Assembly (NCBI GenBank): GCA_002104905.1 | Contig: MCFE01000446.1 | Span: 9,630 to 73,629 of the forward strand | Source of the DNA: Basidiobolus meristosporus CBS 931.73 | Taxonomy: Eukaryota; Fungi; Basidiobolomycota | Length of the DNA: 64,000 bases | Direction of reading: 5' to 3' | Shown: one piece after another, positions 61,751 to 64,000 of the stretch | Numbering within the stretch: the stretch's first letter is position 1 | Layout of the letters: each line of letters opens with the position of its first letter | The notes under the pieces: model-generated | Told to the model about the DNA's origin: nothing | What the model saw: the letters and a program-made list of their open reading frames with translations, nothing else | The model's database searches: none | Translations under genes and position numbers: made by a program

Positions 61751-64000
61751 TTTTCACTAGCTTCTCAATATCTTGTTTCATTCTGGACCACCATGCTCTG
61801 GCTTTCACAAGGCTATAGGTTCCTTCAATCCCAAGATGTCCATATCCATTGTGTAGCTTATGTATTAAATCCAGGCAAGCAACATAAGGACAATAGGCAA
61901 TAGGGCTTCCATCAACAATTTGATAGAGTGTTTCATCCTGTACAACAAATTTGCTGGCTTCATCCCGGATTATCTTCTTTATCTCTTCATCCACCTCATT
62001 AGGAATAGCTTGGTCCTCCAAGTACTTTGATAATAGGCTAGGCCAATCTGATTCATGCACCAAGTTGAGTTGTGCAACTTGATCTAATCTTGATAAGGCA
62101 TCAGCAACCATGTTGTTTTTTCCAGGGCAGTAGACAATCTCCAGGTCAAATTGCTGAATGTATTTGCTCCATCTTGTCATTCTTCTAGAGAGTACCTTCT
62201 GAGTAAATATATACTTGAGGGAGGCATGACCAGTCTTCACAGTGCATTTGACTCCTTCAATATTGCATCTCCATGTCTTCAAACAGTGTATTATAGCAAG
62301 CATCTCCTTCTCATGAACTGGATAGTTTTGTTCTGCTGAGTTCAGTTTCTTGGATTCAAAGGCAACAGGGTAGTCCTTTCCCTTGTGTTCTTGGCTCAGC
62401 ACTCCACCAATTGCATAATCTGAAGCATCTGTGCACAGAGTGAACTCTTTTCTGAAGTCTGGTATTCTTAAGCTTGGCAGCTTAGCAAGTTCATTCTTGA
62501 GCATCTGGAAGGCAGTCTCACAAGCTATGTCCCACTTGTAGGTATTGTCTTTCTTGAGGATATCAGTTAAAGGGGCTGCAATACTTGCAAAAGACTTGAC
62601 AAATCTCCAATAATAGGAAACCATGCCAAGGAATGATCTGAGTTCTGATATGCTACGGGGCTGCTTCAGATTCTTGATTACTTCCACCTTCTTAGGGTCT
62701 AAGGATACTCCTGTGCTAGTCACTATATGTCCCAGATATTCAATGTGTTCCTTGAAGAACTCACACTTGGGTAGCTTGCCATGGAGCTTGTTCTCTCTTA
62801 GCTTCTTCAAGACCTTTTCAATGTGCACCAAGTGATCCTCTTCTGTCTTGCTGTATATCAGTATATCATCTAGGTAGATTATGACAAACTTGTCCAAGTA
62901 CTCCTGGAAGACGGTCTGCATCAGGGTCATGAAAGTTGCAGGGGCATTGGTGAGGCCAAAAATCATGAATAAGTACTTGTAATGTCTATATCTGATCCTG
63001 AATGCTGTCTTAGGGATGTCTTCTGGCTTCACCCTAATATGGTTGTATCCTGACATGTCTGAATATTTCTTCAAGAGAGTCTGGACCTGCTGGGGTGCTG
63101 GGGTAGAGGAATCCTCCTGTAAAACCGCCATGAGGAACATCTCTGTACCTTTTCTAAGTGCTCTACAGAACTGGGTCTTGCTAAGTTCACTTGTCTCACA
63201 CATACTGGAATTGACCAAGTTGAAATCCAGCCTGGCAGGTAATAGCTCATAGGTCTTGTTGTCTATTTGGATCTGAGTAGCATGGGTTCTCCAGTTGATT
63301 GATGGATTACAACAAAATAGCCAGGTTTTTCCAAGTACAAGGTCAAACTTGCAGTTCTCAAATATATAAGCCGGTAGGTCTTCTTCATAGTCATTGATCT
63401 TCATTCTTACTGGCTGGGTAATACGGTTGATTATGTGAGAGTTCCCATCAGCTGTTGAGACTGAAGTTGATTTGGTAGGTTCTGAGTTGATTCCAGCTTT
63501 CAGAGCAAATTGCTCTGACATGTACTCATGCAATGCTCCTGAGTCAACCATGATCTTGGCAGGTACTCCATTGATTACTCCATTCAAGTATAATAGCTTT
63601 CCTGAGTTTGAGGTCATCTGGGATAGGTATTTTTCTTTCATGTGGAAGGTGAGTTCTGAGTCTTCTTCATGTTCATCCTTCATGTTACTATGCTCCATGG
63701 CCTCAATACGGTTAAAGGTTCTTGATGGCTGGTGTCTATTTCTTTGCTGAGGGCAGTACTTTGCATATGTCCTTGCTGGTGGCAATTGAAGCAAAGTCCT
63801 TTCTTCTTACATTCTTCCAAGGCAGGATTCTTCTGCATAGCGTCTATTTCCATTGGTACTGCTTCTGACTGTCGTCTTTCATAATGATTGTAACCTTTCT
63901 GATTAGTCACTGTAGGCTTCCCAACTCCAAACATAGCTGAGTCATAGTCAATGGCAATCTTGATGGCTTCCTCAATAGTCTGAGGTCTTTGATAACTCAC
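61751..64000 (-). mobile_element. Second copy of the same Ty3/gypsy family, inverted, with an in-frame 117-codon RT deletion
   Basis: ORFs 63680..64000 and 61731..63794 are near-identical to 57800-60400; KKYSD joins directly to MSGYNHIR. Confidence 0.95.

Noticed and set aside
1-64000. CRISPR arrays, prokaryotic operons or defence systems
   Set aside because: No repeat-spacer periodicity; the genes have spliceosomal introns; the 96-bp repeats are contiguous coding units without spacers.

Overview
Eukaryotic, intron-containing fungal DNA, most likely from an early-diverging lineage such as Zoopagomycota/Mucoromycota. The lineage is an inference from NSA2, a CSRP-type two-LIM protein, a fungal tnp2 transposase and short GT-AG introns. 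The window is a sharp mosaic. Two CpG-retaining gene blocks (about 1-5.6 kb and 13.6-34.0 kb) hold a tRNA-Leu(CAG), several small secreted proteins, an MDR/ABCB transporter, a GST, a LIM protein, an FMN split-barrel protein, polyprenol reductase, NSA2 and orphan genes. Two almost CpG-free transposon piles (about 5.7-13.6 kb and 34.1-64 kb) hold nested CACTA/tnp2 DNA transposons, Ty1/copia, Ty3/gypsy, solo LTRs, LINE fragments and an IS5/PIF-Harbinger-type element. Highlights: (1) a full-length CACTA-type element with CCCTA termini and an exact 6-bp target-site duplication whose removal restores the host copia reading frame; (2) a five-copy secreted-protein family in which the copies lying in the methylated domain show CpG decay; (3) a secreted triple 4-Cys repeat protein and a cationic prepro-peptide candidate; (4) a possible 16-kb composite bounded by two identical CACTA right ends. 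TE boundaries without TIR/TSD support are approximate.
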